Below are positions 37,798 to 45,512 of a stretch of 64,000 bases of DNA, piece by piece (position 1 is the first letter of the stretch; each line of letters starts with the position of its first letter). This DNA is from Longimicrobiales bacterium (GTDB lineage Bacteria; Gemmatimonadota; Gemmatimonadetes; Longimicrobiales; Gaopeijiaceae), in contig OZ220732.1 of the NCBI GenBank assembly GCA_965116905.1, positions 2,112,001 through 2,176,000 of the forward strand, read 5' to 3'. The position numbers and the translations under genes are program-made. Below the pieces are notes generated by a model, which worked only from the letters and a program-made list of their open reading frames with translations, made no database searches and was not told where the DNA came from.

Positions 37798-39624
37798 GTG
37801 ATTCCCGACGAAGTGGTCGCCGAGGTCAAGGCGCGCGCCGACATCGTGGGAGTGATCGGCGAGTTCGTTCAACTCAAGAAGGCCGGCAGGGAGTTCCGCG
37901 GACTGAGTCCGTTCAAGAAGGAGAAGACGCCCTCGTTCTATGTGAACCCGACCAAGGCGTTCTTCCACGACTTCTCCTCCGGCGAGTCGGGGGACGTGTT
38001 CTCGTTCCTGATGAAGCACCAGGGGATGAGCTTTGTCGACGCGGTCAAGTACGTCGGCGCCCGCAGCGGCGTCGAGGTGCGCGAGATCAGGCGCGCGCAG
38101 GGACGTGAGGATCCCTGGCGCCCCTACTACGAAGCGTCCGCCTACGCGAACACGTTCTTTCAGGAGCGTCTCTGGGAGAGGGAGGATGGCCGGCGCGCGC
38201 GCGAGTACCTGGAGAAGCGGGGCATCGGACGTGAGGCCGGCGAGGAGTTCGGCCTCGGATGCGCACCCGACGATTGGCGGGCTTTTCGCGAAGCCGCGGC
38301 GGTGCACGGCCTCGAAGAGAGGATTCTGTTGGACATCGGACTCCTCAAGAAGAGCGAAAAGACCGAAGAGCCGTACGACGCGTTCAGAAACCGCATCATC
38401 TTCCCGATCGAGTCGGAAGCGGGACGCGTTCTGGCCTTCGGCGGGAGGCTGCTGGGCCGCACCGGGAAGGGGGCGCCCAAGTATCTCAATTCCCCCGAGA
38501 GTCCGATCTTCCAGAAGGGCGAGGTCCTTTACGGGTTGCGGAAGGCTCGCAACCACATCCGTCGCAACGCCTCCGTCCTGGTCGTGGAAGGCTTCATGGA
38601 TGTCGTGTCCCTGGCGAGCGTGGATATACGCAACGTCGTGGCGCCGCTGGGGACGGCGATGACCGAAGCGCACGCCGGACTTCTGAAGCGCTATACCACG
38701 CAGGTGCGGCTGCTGTTCGACAGCGATCCGGCGGGACAGCGCGCGACGTTCCGGGCCGCGGACATCCTCCTCGCCCGGGGACTTCACGCTTCGGTGGTCA
38801 CGCTGCCGGACGGCGAAGACCCCGATTCGGTGGCCCGCTCGGGGGGTGCGGAGGCCGTGCGGGAATTCGTCTCGCAGGCAGTGGACGTCCTCGACCGCAA
38901 GATCGCGATGCTTGAGGAGCGGGACTACTTCGCCACGATCGAGAAGACGCGGCGGGCGCTGGACCGGCTCCTGCCGACCGTGCGCGCCGTGACGGATCCG
39001 AGGCTCCGCGACATTTACGTCGCCAGGGTGGCCGAGCGGACCGGGGTGCGTCCCGAGACGCTGGTCGAGGAAATCGGCCAGCGGGCCGTGCCGCCCGCGA
39101 CCGCGCCGCGCCGGGCCTACCGACGCCGCGGCCGCGTCCCTCCCGGTCCGACGGGCATGGGTCCGGACCAGGAGTTGTTGCGGCTGATGCTCCACCACCG
39201 GGACTGGATCGAGAAGGCGGCCGAGAGCATCGGGCCTTCGGATTTGGCGGATGGCGCGGATCGTGTGATCTTCGAAGGACTGATCGCCGATCCCGGGCTG
39301 GTCGCGTTGCCCGAGGGGACGTCGTCGGAGGCTGTGCGTCGCTTCGAGCAACTCAAGGCGGAACCGGGGACGGCAAAGGAGTTGGAACAGGTCTTCGCGG
39401 AGGTGCTCGCGAGGATCATGGCCAAGGTCATCAATCGGCGGATGGACGGTGTGCGGGCCCGGTTGCGGTCGGCGGCGGACCACCAGGAGAAAGTCCAGCT
39501 GACCGGTGACCTGGAGGAGCTGCGCAGGGAGAAGGCGGCCCTTCCCGGAGCCGATTGGAGCGGGTCGGCAAGAGCGTTGGTGAACATCGGCAAGACTCAA
39601 AGGAAGAGAGAAGGCGCACAGTGA
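37798..39624 (+). CDS. dnaG: DNA primase
   Basis: EKTPSF, FRNRIIFPI, KYLNSPE, VEGFMDV, FDSDPAG TOPRIM, DPD. Confidence 0.95.
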   Translation: MIPDEVVAEVKARADIVGVIGEFVQLKKAGREFRGLSPFKKEKTPSFYVNPTKAFFHDFSSGESGDVFSFLMKHQGMSFVDAVKYVGARSGVEVREIRRAQGREDPWRPYYEASAYANTFFQERLWEREDGRRAREYLEKRGIGREAGEEFGLGCAPDDWRAFREAAAVHGLEERILLDIGLLKKSEKTEEPYDAFRNRIIFPIESEAGRVLAFGGRLLGRTGKGAPKYLNSPESPIFQKGEVLYGLRKARNHIRRNASVLVVEGFMDVVSLASVDIRNVVAPLGTAMTEAHAGLLKRYTTQVRLLFDSDPAGQRATFRAADILLARGLHASVVTLPDGEDPDSVARSGGAEAVREFVSQAVDVLDRKIAMLEERDYFATIEKTRRALDRLLPTVRAVTDPRLRDIYVARVAERTGVRPETLVEEIGQRAVPPATAPRRAYRRRGRVPPGPTGMGPDQELLRLMLHHRDWIEKAAESIGPSDLADGADRVIFEGLIADPGLVALPEGTSSEAVRRFEQLKAEPGTAKELEQVFAEVLARIMAKVINRRMDGVRARLRSAADHQEKVQLTGDLEELRREKAALPGADWSGSARALVNIGKTQRKREGAQ

Positions 39625-40388
39625 CCGTCAACAACGGGCCGGTCTCCAGTCGTTTGCTGGAGCTGCAGACCCTTGATCAGAACATCCGCAGGACACGGGA
39701 CCGCATCGAGGCCTTCGGGCCGCTGCTCGAGGAGGTCGAGGAACCGGCCCTCCGGCTGTCTGCAGAGTCCGAGGTGGCCGCGACCAAGGTGAGGGAGCTG
39801 GAGCTGGAGGAGCGCCGGCTGCGATTGGCGGCGGAAGAGAAGCGCGTGCGCGTGCATAGGCTGGAAGATCGCCTGAACCTGGTCAGGACGGTGCAGCAGG
39901 AGGCCGCGGTGCAGGCGGAGCTCGGGCTGGTGCGGCGCGCCCTGGACCAGGAGGAGCAGGAAGTCGTCAATCTCCTGGATCAGATCGCGAGGTTCCAGGA
40001 TCGCTTTGAGGACCTGCAGGCGGCCATCGAGGAAGCCCGCGAGGCAGTCGAGCCCCGCAGGAACGAGATCCTTGCGGAACAGGAGGCCGCCGAGGCCCAG
40101 GTGGCGTCGATGCAGTTGCAGCGCGACGACTTTGCCGAGGGCATCGATCCGCGGTACCGGCGTGTCTACGACAACCTGATCAGGGGTGGCCGGCGCGTGG
40201 CCGTCGCGCCGATGACCGCCGACGGCGCCTGCGGATCCTGCTACTCCGTCATTCCCCTGCAGGTTCAGAACGAGATTCGCGCCCGGGGTCCGCTGGTGCT
40301 CTGCGAAGGCTGCGGCGTCATCGTGACAAGTCCGGCCGCCGACGCCGACGCCGACGCCGAGCCCGAGCCCGAGAGCGTGAGCGGGTAG
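39621..40388 (+). CDS. Coiled-coil protein with C-terminal C4 zinc ribbon (DUF164-like)
   Basis: LLELQTLD, long heptad region, CGSC ... CEGC; GTG start overlapping dnaG stop. Confidence 0.85.
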   Translation: MTVNNGPVSSRLLELQTLDQNIRRTRDRIEAFGPLLEEVEEPALRLSAESEVAATKVRELELEERRLRLAAEEKRVRVHRLEDRLNLVRTVQQEAAVQAELGLVRRALDQEEQEVVNLLDQIARFQDRFEDLQAAIEEAREAVEPRRNEILAEQEAAEAQVASMQLQRDDFAEGIDPRYRRVYDNLIRGGRRVAVAPMTADGACGSCYSVIPLQVQNEIRARGPLVLCEGCGVIVTSPAADADADAEPEPESVSG

Positions 40389-40389
40389 G

Positions 40390-40448
40390 CCGCCCGTGGA
40401 CACAATCCCCCCGGCATTCGACCGGCGATGCATCCGGACCGGACGCTC
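40390..40448 (+). repeat. 59-bp dispersed repeat, copy A
   Basis: 52/59 identical by manual alignment to 45036-45094; shared core ATCCCCCCGGCATTCGACCGGCGAT. Confidence 0.85.
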
Positions 40449-40476
40449 GGCCGCACCACTTCACTCTGTAAAGTAC

Positions 40477-40504
40477 AGTTTACATAATGTAATGTTTGCT
40501 ATAC
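40477..40504 (-). other. dif-like XerCD site candidate
   Basis: Minus strand reads GTATAGCAAAC-ATTACA-TTATGTAAACT; right arm resembles the XerD arm TTATGTTAAAT, left arm is degenerate. Confidence 0.45.
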
Positions 40505-40517
40505 ATCTTGGTCTAAC

Positions 40518-40589
40518 GGGGCCTCGCTCTGCGTTGCTCCTCGGGCCCGTAGCGCTGCTACTGGCCCTTCGTCGCGCCTTGCCGGCCCG
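40518..40589. repeat. Long imperfect palindrome (REP/MITE-like hairpin)
   Basis: Nested stems GTAGC/GCTAC, GGGCC/GGCCC and an outer GGGCC/GGCCC. Confidence 0.55.
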
Positions 40590-40706
40590 GCGCCTTGCCG
40601 CTCTCGGTGCTCAGGCGGCTTTATCCACGGGCGGCTAGGCCGCGGCCGGCCGCCGCGAGCGTCCCCACCGCGAGCCGCCCGTGGACCGAATCCCCCGGAC
40701 CTCCAG

Positions 40707-42458
40707 GTGAACATCCGGGCGTCCGAAGCCGGGGGTGCCCTTGTGGGTCCGCGTCCCCGGTGGGCCCTTCGTCCTCGGCCGGAAGCCCGCGTCGTCCGGA
40801 CCCTGGAGGGGGAGCTCGGGCTTCCTCCGGCACTGTGCAGATTGCTTGCCGCCAGGGGATGCGCGACGCCCGGCACCGCGAAGTCGTTTCTGCGTCCCCG
40901 CCTGGAGGACCTGCACGATCCCGGCCTGCTGCTGGACGCGGACAAGGCGGCACGCCGTTTGGCCGCGTCGGTAGAAAACGGGGAGACGGTCGTGGTCCAC
41001 GGCGACTACGACGTCGACGGCGTTGCGGCCGCGGCGCTGCTCACCGGCTGGATTCGCGCCCTGGGAGGAAAGGCCGAGGCGATCGTCCCCGACCGGACCC
41101 GGGAGGGCTACGATCTTTCGGACGCGGGCGTCGATCGCGCAGCCGCCCTTGGCGCCGGCGTAATCGTCACGGTCGACTGTGGAATCATGGCGCTCGGTCC
41201 GACGCGGCGGGCCAATGCGGCCGGAATGGACGTCATCGTCACCGACCATCACATTCCGGGACCCGAACTGCCCGAGTCACTCGCCGTCATCAACCCCAAC
41301 CGTCCCGGCTGCACCTACCCCGACAAGCGGCTGTGCGGAGCGGCTGTCGCCTTCAAGCTAGGGCAACTTTTGTCGCGGCGGCTGGGCCGGCCGGCTGAAG
41401 AAGCCTGGCACCAACTCGACCTTGTGGCTCTGGCGACCATCGCGGACCAGGTGGAGCTCGAGGGCGAGAACCGGATATTCGGGAGGTTCGGGCTCCGGGC
41501 TCTGGCACGCACGATGCGGCCCGGGCTCCGCTCACTGATGGCCATTGCGGAACTGGCTCCGGGGAACGCGGTCAGCTCCGAGGCGGTGGCATTCCGGCTC
41601 GCACCCCGGATCAACGCCGCCGGCCGGGTGGGCGATGCGTCGAAGGCGCTGCGATTGCTCCTCACGACCGATCCCGGCGAGGCACGGTCTCTGGCCGCGG
41701 TGCTGGAACGAAACAACAGCGACCGGCGCGAGCTTGAGCGCCGCACCACCGAGGAGGCGTTCGCCGCGCTGGAGGGCGCCTACGACCCAGCCACCGACAG
41801 GGGGATCGTCGTGGCGGGGGAGGGATGGCACCCCGGGGTCATCGGGATCGTTGCGTCCCGTGTTGCCGACCGCCTGTTCCGCCCGTCCGTCGTCATCGCG
41901 CTGGACGGAGACCGGGGCCGCGGCAGCGCGCGTTCGATCCCGGAGTTCGATCTGCACGCAGCCATCACGATGTGCGGGACGCACCTCGAGCGCTTCGGCG
42001 GACACCACCAGGCGGCGGGCATGGACATTCGCCGCGATCGCGTGCCCGATTTCCGCGACGCCTTCCTGGACGTCGCCGGACGCCGTCTCGGAAGCACACA
42101 ACCCCGGCCGGTCGTCCACGTGGATCTGGAAGTCGCGCTGGGAGAGGTCGACTTCGATCTGTGCCGCTACGCCACGTACATGGGTCCGTATGGCCGGGGC
42201 AATTTGGAGCCGGTCTACGTGGCCCGTGCGGTTCGCGTCGACGGAATGCCCCGCGTCCTGAAGGGAGCGCACGTCAAGTTCAGGATGGCCGACGGTGGCG
42301 CCGGGCTGTCCGCGATCGGCTTTGGCCTCGCGGATCGAATCGTTCCGGAGTTGAAGAAAACGGGGCCGGTGGACGTGGCGTTCAATCTGATCGAGAATAC
42401 CTTCAGGGGCAGAACCACGATTGAGGCCAGGGTCGTGGACGTCCGGCCGGCCGGGTGA
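40707..42458 (+). CDS. recJ: Single-stranded-DNA exonuclease RecJ
   Basis: HGDYDVDG, TVDCG, TDHH, LAPRINAAGR, GSARS, GGH, C-terminal OB fold; start uncertain. Confidence 0.95.
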   Translation: MNIRASEAGGALVGPRPRWALRPRPEARVVRTLEGELGLPPALCRLLAARGCATPGTAKSFLRPRLEDLHDPGLLLDADKAARRLAASVENGETVVVHGDYDVDGVAAAALLTGWIRALGGKAEAIVPDRTREGYDLSDAGVDRAAALGAGVIVTVDCGIMALGPTRRANAAGMDVIVTDHHIPGPELPESLAVINPNRPGCTYPDKRLCGAAVAFKLGQLLSRRLGRPAEEAWHQLDLVALATIADQVELEGENRIFGRFGLRALARTMRPGLRSLMAIAELAPGNAVSSEAVAFRLAPRINAAGRVGDASKALRLLLTTDPGEARSLAAVLERNNSDRRELERRTTEEAFAALEGAYDPATDRGIVVAGEGWHPGVIGIVASRVADRLFRPSVVIALDGDRGRGSARSIPEFDLHAAITMCGTHLERFGGHHQAAGMDIRRDRVPDFRDAFLDVAGRRLGSTQPRPVVHVDLEVALGEVDFDLCRYATYMGPYGRGNLEPVYVARAVRVDGMPRVLKGAHVKFRMADGGAGLSAIGFGLADRIVPELKKTGPVDVAFNLIENTFRGRTTIEARVVDVRPAG

Positions 42459-42494
42459 GTCGCCGGACCTGCTTTCCACCCTGGAGGCGAACGC

Positions 42495-43112
42495 GTGCGC
42501 ATCATTGCCGGAAAGTGGAAGAGTCGAAGGCTCGCTGCGGTTCGGGGGCGGGGCATCAGGCCGACCACGGACCGCATCCGCGAGGCCTGGATGTCGATTC
42601 TCGCGGACCGGATCGGCGGTGCCATGGTGGCGGACCTGTTCGCGGGCTCCGGCGCGCTCGGCCTCGAAGCCCTGAGCCGCGGCGCGGCGCATGTCACGTT
42701 CGTCGAGAGGAGTCGCGGCGCGATTCGGGTGCTGGAGCGCAACATCGAGGCGCTGGGCGCGGGAGCGGCGACCACCGTGATCCGCGGCGACGCCCTGGCA
42801 CACGTTCGGTCGGCGAAGCGGTCTCGCTACGACCTTGCCCTCGCCGACCCCCCCTACGACCGTGGCTACACACGTGAACTCCTCGCCCTCTTCGCCCGTC
42901 GTCCGTTCGCCCGCGAACTCTGGCTGGAACACGCAACCCGAGACGCGGTTCCCTCCGGCATGTCCCTGCACCAGCGCAGGTACGGGGATACCACCCTTAC
43001 GGGAACCGTCGCGGCCGGTGCACCGGCCCGGCGCGGCGCAGCGCGGCCAGCGACCCCGGGGGACTCACCGCGACCCTTCTCCAACAGACTGACAGGAGGC
43101 GGCGCATCATGA
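42495..43112 (+). CDS. rsmD: 16S rRNA m2G966 methyltransferase
   Basis: MRIIAG, RPTTDRIRE, DLFAGSGALGLEALSRGA, DPPY, YGDT. Confidence 0.93.
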   Translation: MRIIAGKWKSRRLAAVRGRGIRPTTDRIREAWMSILADRIGGAMVADLFAGSGALGLEALSRGAAHVTFVERSRGAIRVLERNIEALGAGAATTVIRGDALAHVRSAKRSRYDLALADPPYDRGYTRELLALFARRPFARELWLEHATRDAVPSGMSLHQRRYGDTTLTGTVAAGAPARRGAARPATPGDSPRPFSNRLTGGGAS

Positions 43113-43621
43113 CGATCAACCGTCCCATCGTGGCGGTCTATCCCGGGTCCTTCGACCCCGTCACGCTCGGCCACGAGGATGTAGTGCGCCGTACGCTGCG
43201 CTTCTGCGACCGGCTTGTCGTGGGCATCGCCGAGTCATCGACCCAGGCGAAGCGGCCACTCTTCGAGGTATCGGAGCGGCTCGAGCTCATGAACGAGGTC
43301 TTCGCCGGCGATGACCGGGTGGAGTGCGTCACCTTCTCGGGTCTGCTGGTGGAGTTTGCGCGAGGCGTCGGCGCACGCTTCATCATTCGCGGCCTGCGCG
43401 CGGTTTCGGACTTCGACTACGAATTCCAGATGGCACAGATGAACCGCGAGCTCTGGCACGATGTGGAGACGCTGTTCCTGACCCCGGATGTCCACTACTC
43501 CTTCCTGTCCGCCTCTCTCGTGCGCGAGGTCGCGTCGCTCGGCGGAGACGTGAGCGCCTTCGTGTCGCCCCCCGTGCTGGAGCGCATGCGGCACCGTTTC
43601 TCAAGCTCCGCCTCCGGGTGA
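43109..43621 (+). CDS. coaD: Phosphopantetheine adenylyltransferase
   Basis: YPGSFDPVTLGH, IRGLRAVSDFDYE. Confidence 0.96.
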   Translation: MTINRPIVAVYPGSFDPVTLGHEDVVRRTLRFCDRLVVGIAESSTQAKRPLFEVSERLELMNEVFAGDDRVECVTFSGLLVEFARGVGARFIIRGLRAVSDFDYEFQMAQMNRELWHDVETLFLTPDVHYSFLSASLVREVASLGGDVSAFVSPPVLERMRHRFSSSASG

Positions 43622-43634
43622 AGCCCGCCATTTG

Positions 43635-44564
43635 ATGGGGAGGCCCTGGGCCCACAGCGCCTTCACCCGAGCACTGGAGAAGAGGGCGCGGGAGGTGCTC
43701 CGCCGAGTCGCTTTCCCCGAGGCCGACGACCCCCGCGTGGTCGAGGCGGCGGTACACCTCGCCCGCCGCGCGGCGGTCAGACCGGTGCTGGTCGGGCGGC
43801 GGGAAGGCGTGGCGCACCGGGTGGCGGAGCGCGGAGGCCTTGACCGGGTCGATTGGATCGAGACCGCGTCCGATCCGCTCGACGGCGCGCTGTCCCTGCT
43901 CTCGGAAGGGACGGTGGACGGCGTGGTTGCCGGCGCGGTCCGCACCTCCGCGGAGGTCGTCCGCGCGGGTCTGAAGCGGGTGGGGCTTCGCGAGGGCGTT
44001 CGCCTCCTTTCGTCGTGCTTCTTCATGGAGGTGCGCGACTTCCGCGGCAGGGGATCCGAGGTCATCACCTTTACCGACGCCGGTGTCATCCCGGATCCCC
44101 GGGCCGGCGCCCTGGCCGAGATCGCCCGCGAGGCCGTTCGCGTGCGCAGGCTCGTCGTGGGAGACGAGCCACGCGTCGCCTTCCTGTCCTATTCCACCCA
44201 CGGAAGTGCGCGCGGCCGGTCCGTCGACCGCGTGCTCGAGGCCCTCGAGCGATTCCGCGACACCTGTCCCCGCGTGCCCTCCGGCGGGGAGTTGCAGGCC
44301 GACGCCGCCCTGGTCCGGGACGTTGCTGTCGTCAAGGCGCCCGGCGATGCCGTCGCCGGCAACGCCAACGTGCTCGTCTTCCCGAACCTGGACGCGGCCA
44401 ACATCGCGTACAAGCTGGTGCAGCGACTCGCCGGCGCGCGCGCGCTTGGCCCCGTTCTGCAGGGCCTTCGCGCTCCACTGAACGACCTGTCCCGCGGAGC
44501 CTCGGCCCAGGACATCACGCACATGGCGGCCATCACCGCGCTCATGGCGGGTGAACCCGGCTGA
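43635..44564 (+). CDS. pta: Phosphate acetyl/butyryltransferase
   Basis: VAFPE, VAFLSYST, GELQADAA, NVLVFPNLDAANIAYK, NDLSRG; start 43632 or 43635. Confidence 0.88.
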   Translation: MGRPWAHSAFTRALEKRAREVLRRVAFPEADDPRVVEAAVHLARRAAVRPVLVGRREGVAHRVAERGGLDRVDWIETASDPLDGALSLLSEGTVDGVVAGAVRTSAEVVRAGLKRVGLREGVRLLSSCFFMEVRDFRGRGSEVITFTDAGVIPDPRAGALAEIAREAVRVRRLVVGDEPRVAFLSYSTHGSARGRSVDRVLEALERFRDTCPRVPSGGELQADAALVRDVAVVKAPGDAVAGNANVLVFPNLDAANIAYKLVQRLAGARALGPVLQGLRAPLNDLSRGASAQDITHMAAITALMAGEPG

Positions 44565-44624
44565 ACGCCCCGTGGCCGCGCCGGTCGCGCCGCGCCGGTC
44601 GCCCGCCACGCCGGTTCCCCGTGT

Positions 44625-44653
44625 TTTCCGCTGGTGCGCGCCGACACTATCTT
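44625..44653 (+). promoter_or_regulatory. Putative sigma70 promoter of the partner-switch operon
   Basis: TTTCCG-N17-TATCTT; weak -35. Confidence 0.35.
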
Positions 44654-44705
44654 TGCTGCGGAGCCGAGTCGATTCCAATTCCGACAACCCGAGCGCAAGG
44701 GGACG

Positions 44706-45035
44706 ATGACTTTCAAAGTTCGCAGTGTGGGGGACGCCACCGTGATTTCGGTTGACGGCCAGCTCATTGTCGGGAACCGGCAGGAGCTGAAGCAGAAGGT
44801 CCTGGCGGAGTTGGAGCGGGGCGCGCGGCGCTTCGTGATCGACTTCACGCGGACCGGCTACATCGACTCATCGGGGCTGGGCATTCTGGTTTCGCTCTCC
44901 AGGAGCATCCGTCAGGAGCAGGGCGATCTCCGCCTGGCCTCGCTGAACGACGATCTGCGGACCCTCTTCGAGTTGACCAAGCTCGACACCCTCTTCGAGA
45001 TCCACGCCACCCTGCGGGACGCGCTGGGGGACTAG
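44706..45035 (+). CDS. STAS-domain anti-sigma factor antagonist (RsbV/SpoIIAA-like)
   Basis: YIDSSGLG phosphoacceptor motif, LFELTKLD. Confidence 0.92.
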   Translation: MTFKVRSVGDATVISVDGQLIVGNRQELKQKVLAELERGARRFVIDFTRTGYIDSSGLGILVSLSRSIRQEQGDLRLASLNDDLRTLFELTKLDTLFEIHATLRDALGD

Positions 45036-45094
45036 CCGACCGTGGGCAACATCCCCCCGGCATTCGACCGGCGATCCAACCGGGCCGGACGCTC
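45036..45094 (+). repeat. 59-bp dispersed repeat, copy B
   Basis: 52/59 identical to 40390-40448; directly follows the STAS gene TAG. Confidence 0.85.
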
Positions 45095-45512
45095 CCGCGC
45101 CGCCGTGCTCGAGCTGCCCAACGACGTCTCCGTCATCGAAACGGCCGTCGAGCGTGCGGTCGATTGCTGCGCTTCCGCCCGTCTGGCGCGCGATCGACTC
45201 ATGTTCAACTTCCGCGTGGGGCTGACCGAGGCCTTGTCGAACGCCATCCTGTACGGCAACGGGGGCGATCCGCAAAAGCGGGTGCGGGTCGAGTTGCGTG
45301 TGCGCTCCGGCGAGGTGCGCGCGTGCGTTACCGACGAAGGGGCCGGGTTCGACCCGGATACCGTCCCCGACCCCCGGCTGCCGGAGAACATTCCGAGGCC
45401 GGACGGGCGCGGGATCTTCCTGATGCGCGCGCTGATGGACGAGGTGCACTACAACGAGCTGGGCAATTCGGTCACGCTCGTACTTCGGGAAGGGACCCGC
45501 GCCGCCCGATGA
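45042..45512 (+). CDS. Anti-sigma factor serine kinase (RsbW/SpoIIAB-like HATPase)
   Basis: EALSNAILYG N-box, DEGAGF, GRGIFLM; start uncertain (45042 or 45105). Confidence 0.9.
   Translation: MGNIPPAFDRRSNRAGRSRAAVLELPNDVSVIETAVERAVDCCASARLARDRLMFNFRVGLTEALSNAILYGNGGDPQKRVRVELRVRSGEVRACVTDEGAGFDPDTVPDPRLPENIPRPDGRGIFLMRALMDEVHYNELGNSVTLVLREGTRAAR

Noticed and set aside
40396..40638. 80-aa ORF across the composite spacer
   Set aside because: Built from the dispersed repeat, the AT-rich site and the hairpin; no SD or domain signal
40389..40706. RNase P RNA or tmRNA in this spacer
   Set aside because: No GAGGAAAGTCC RNase P motif or tRNA-like ends found on either strand
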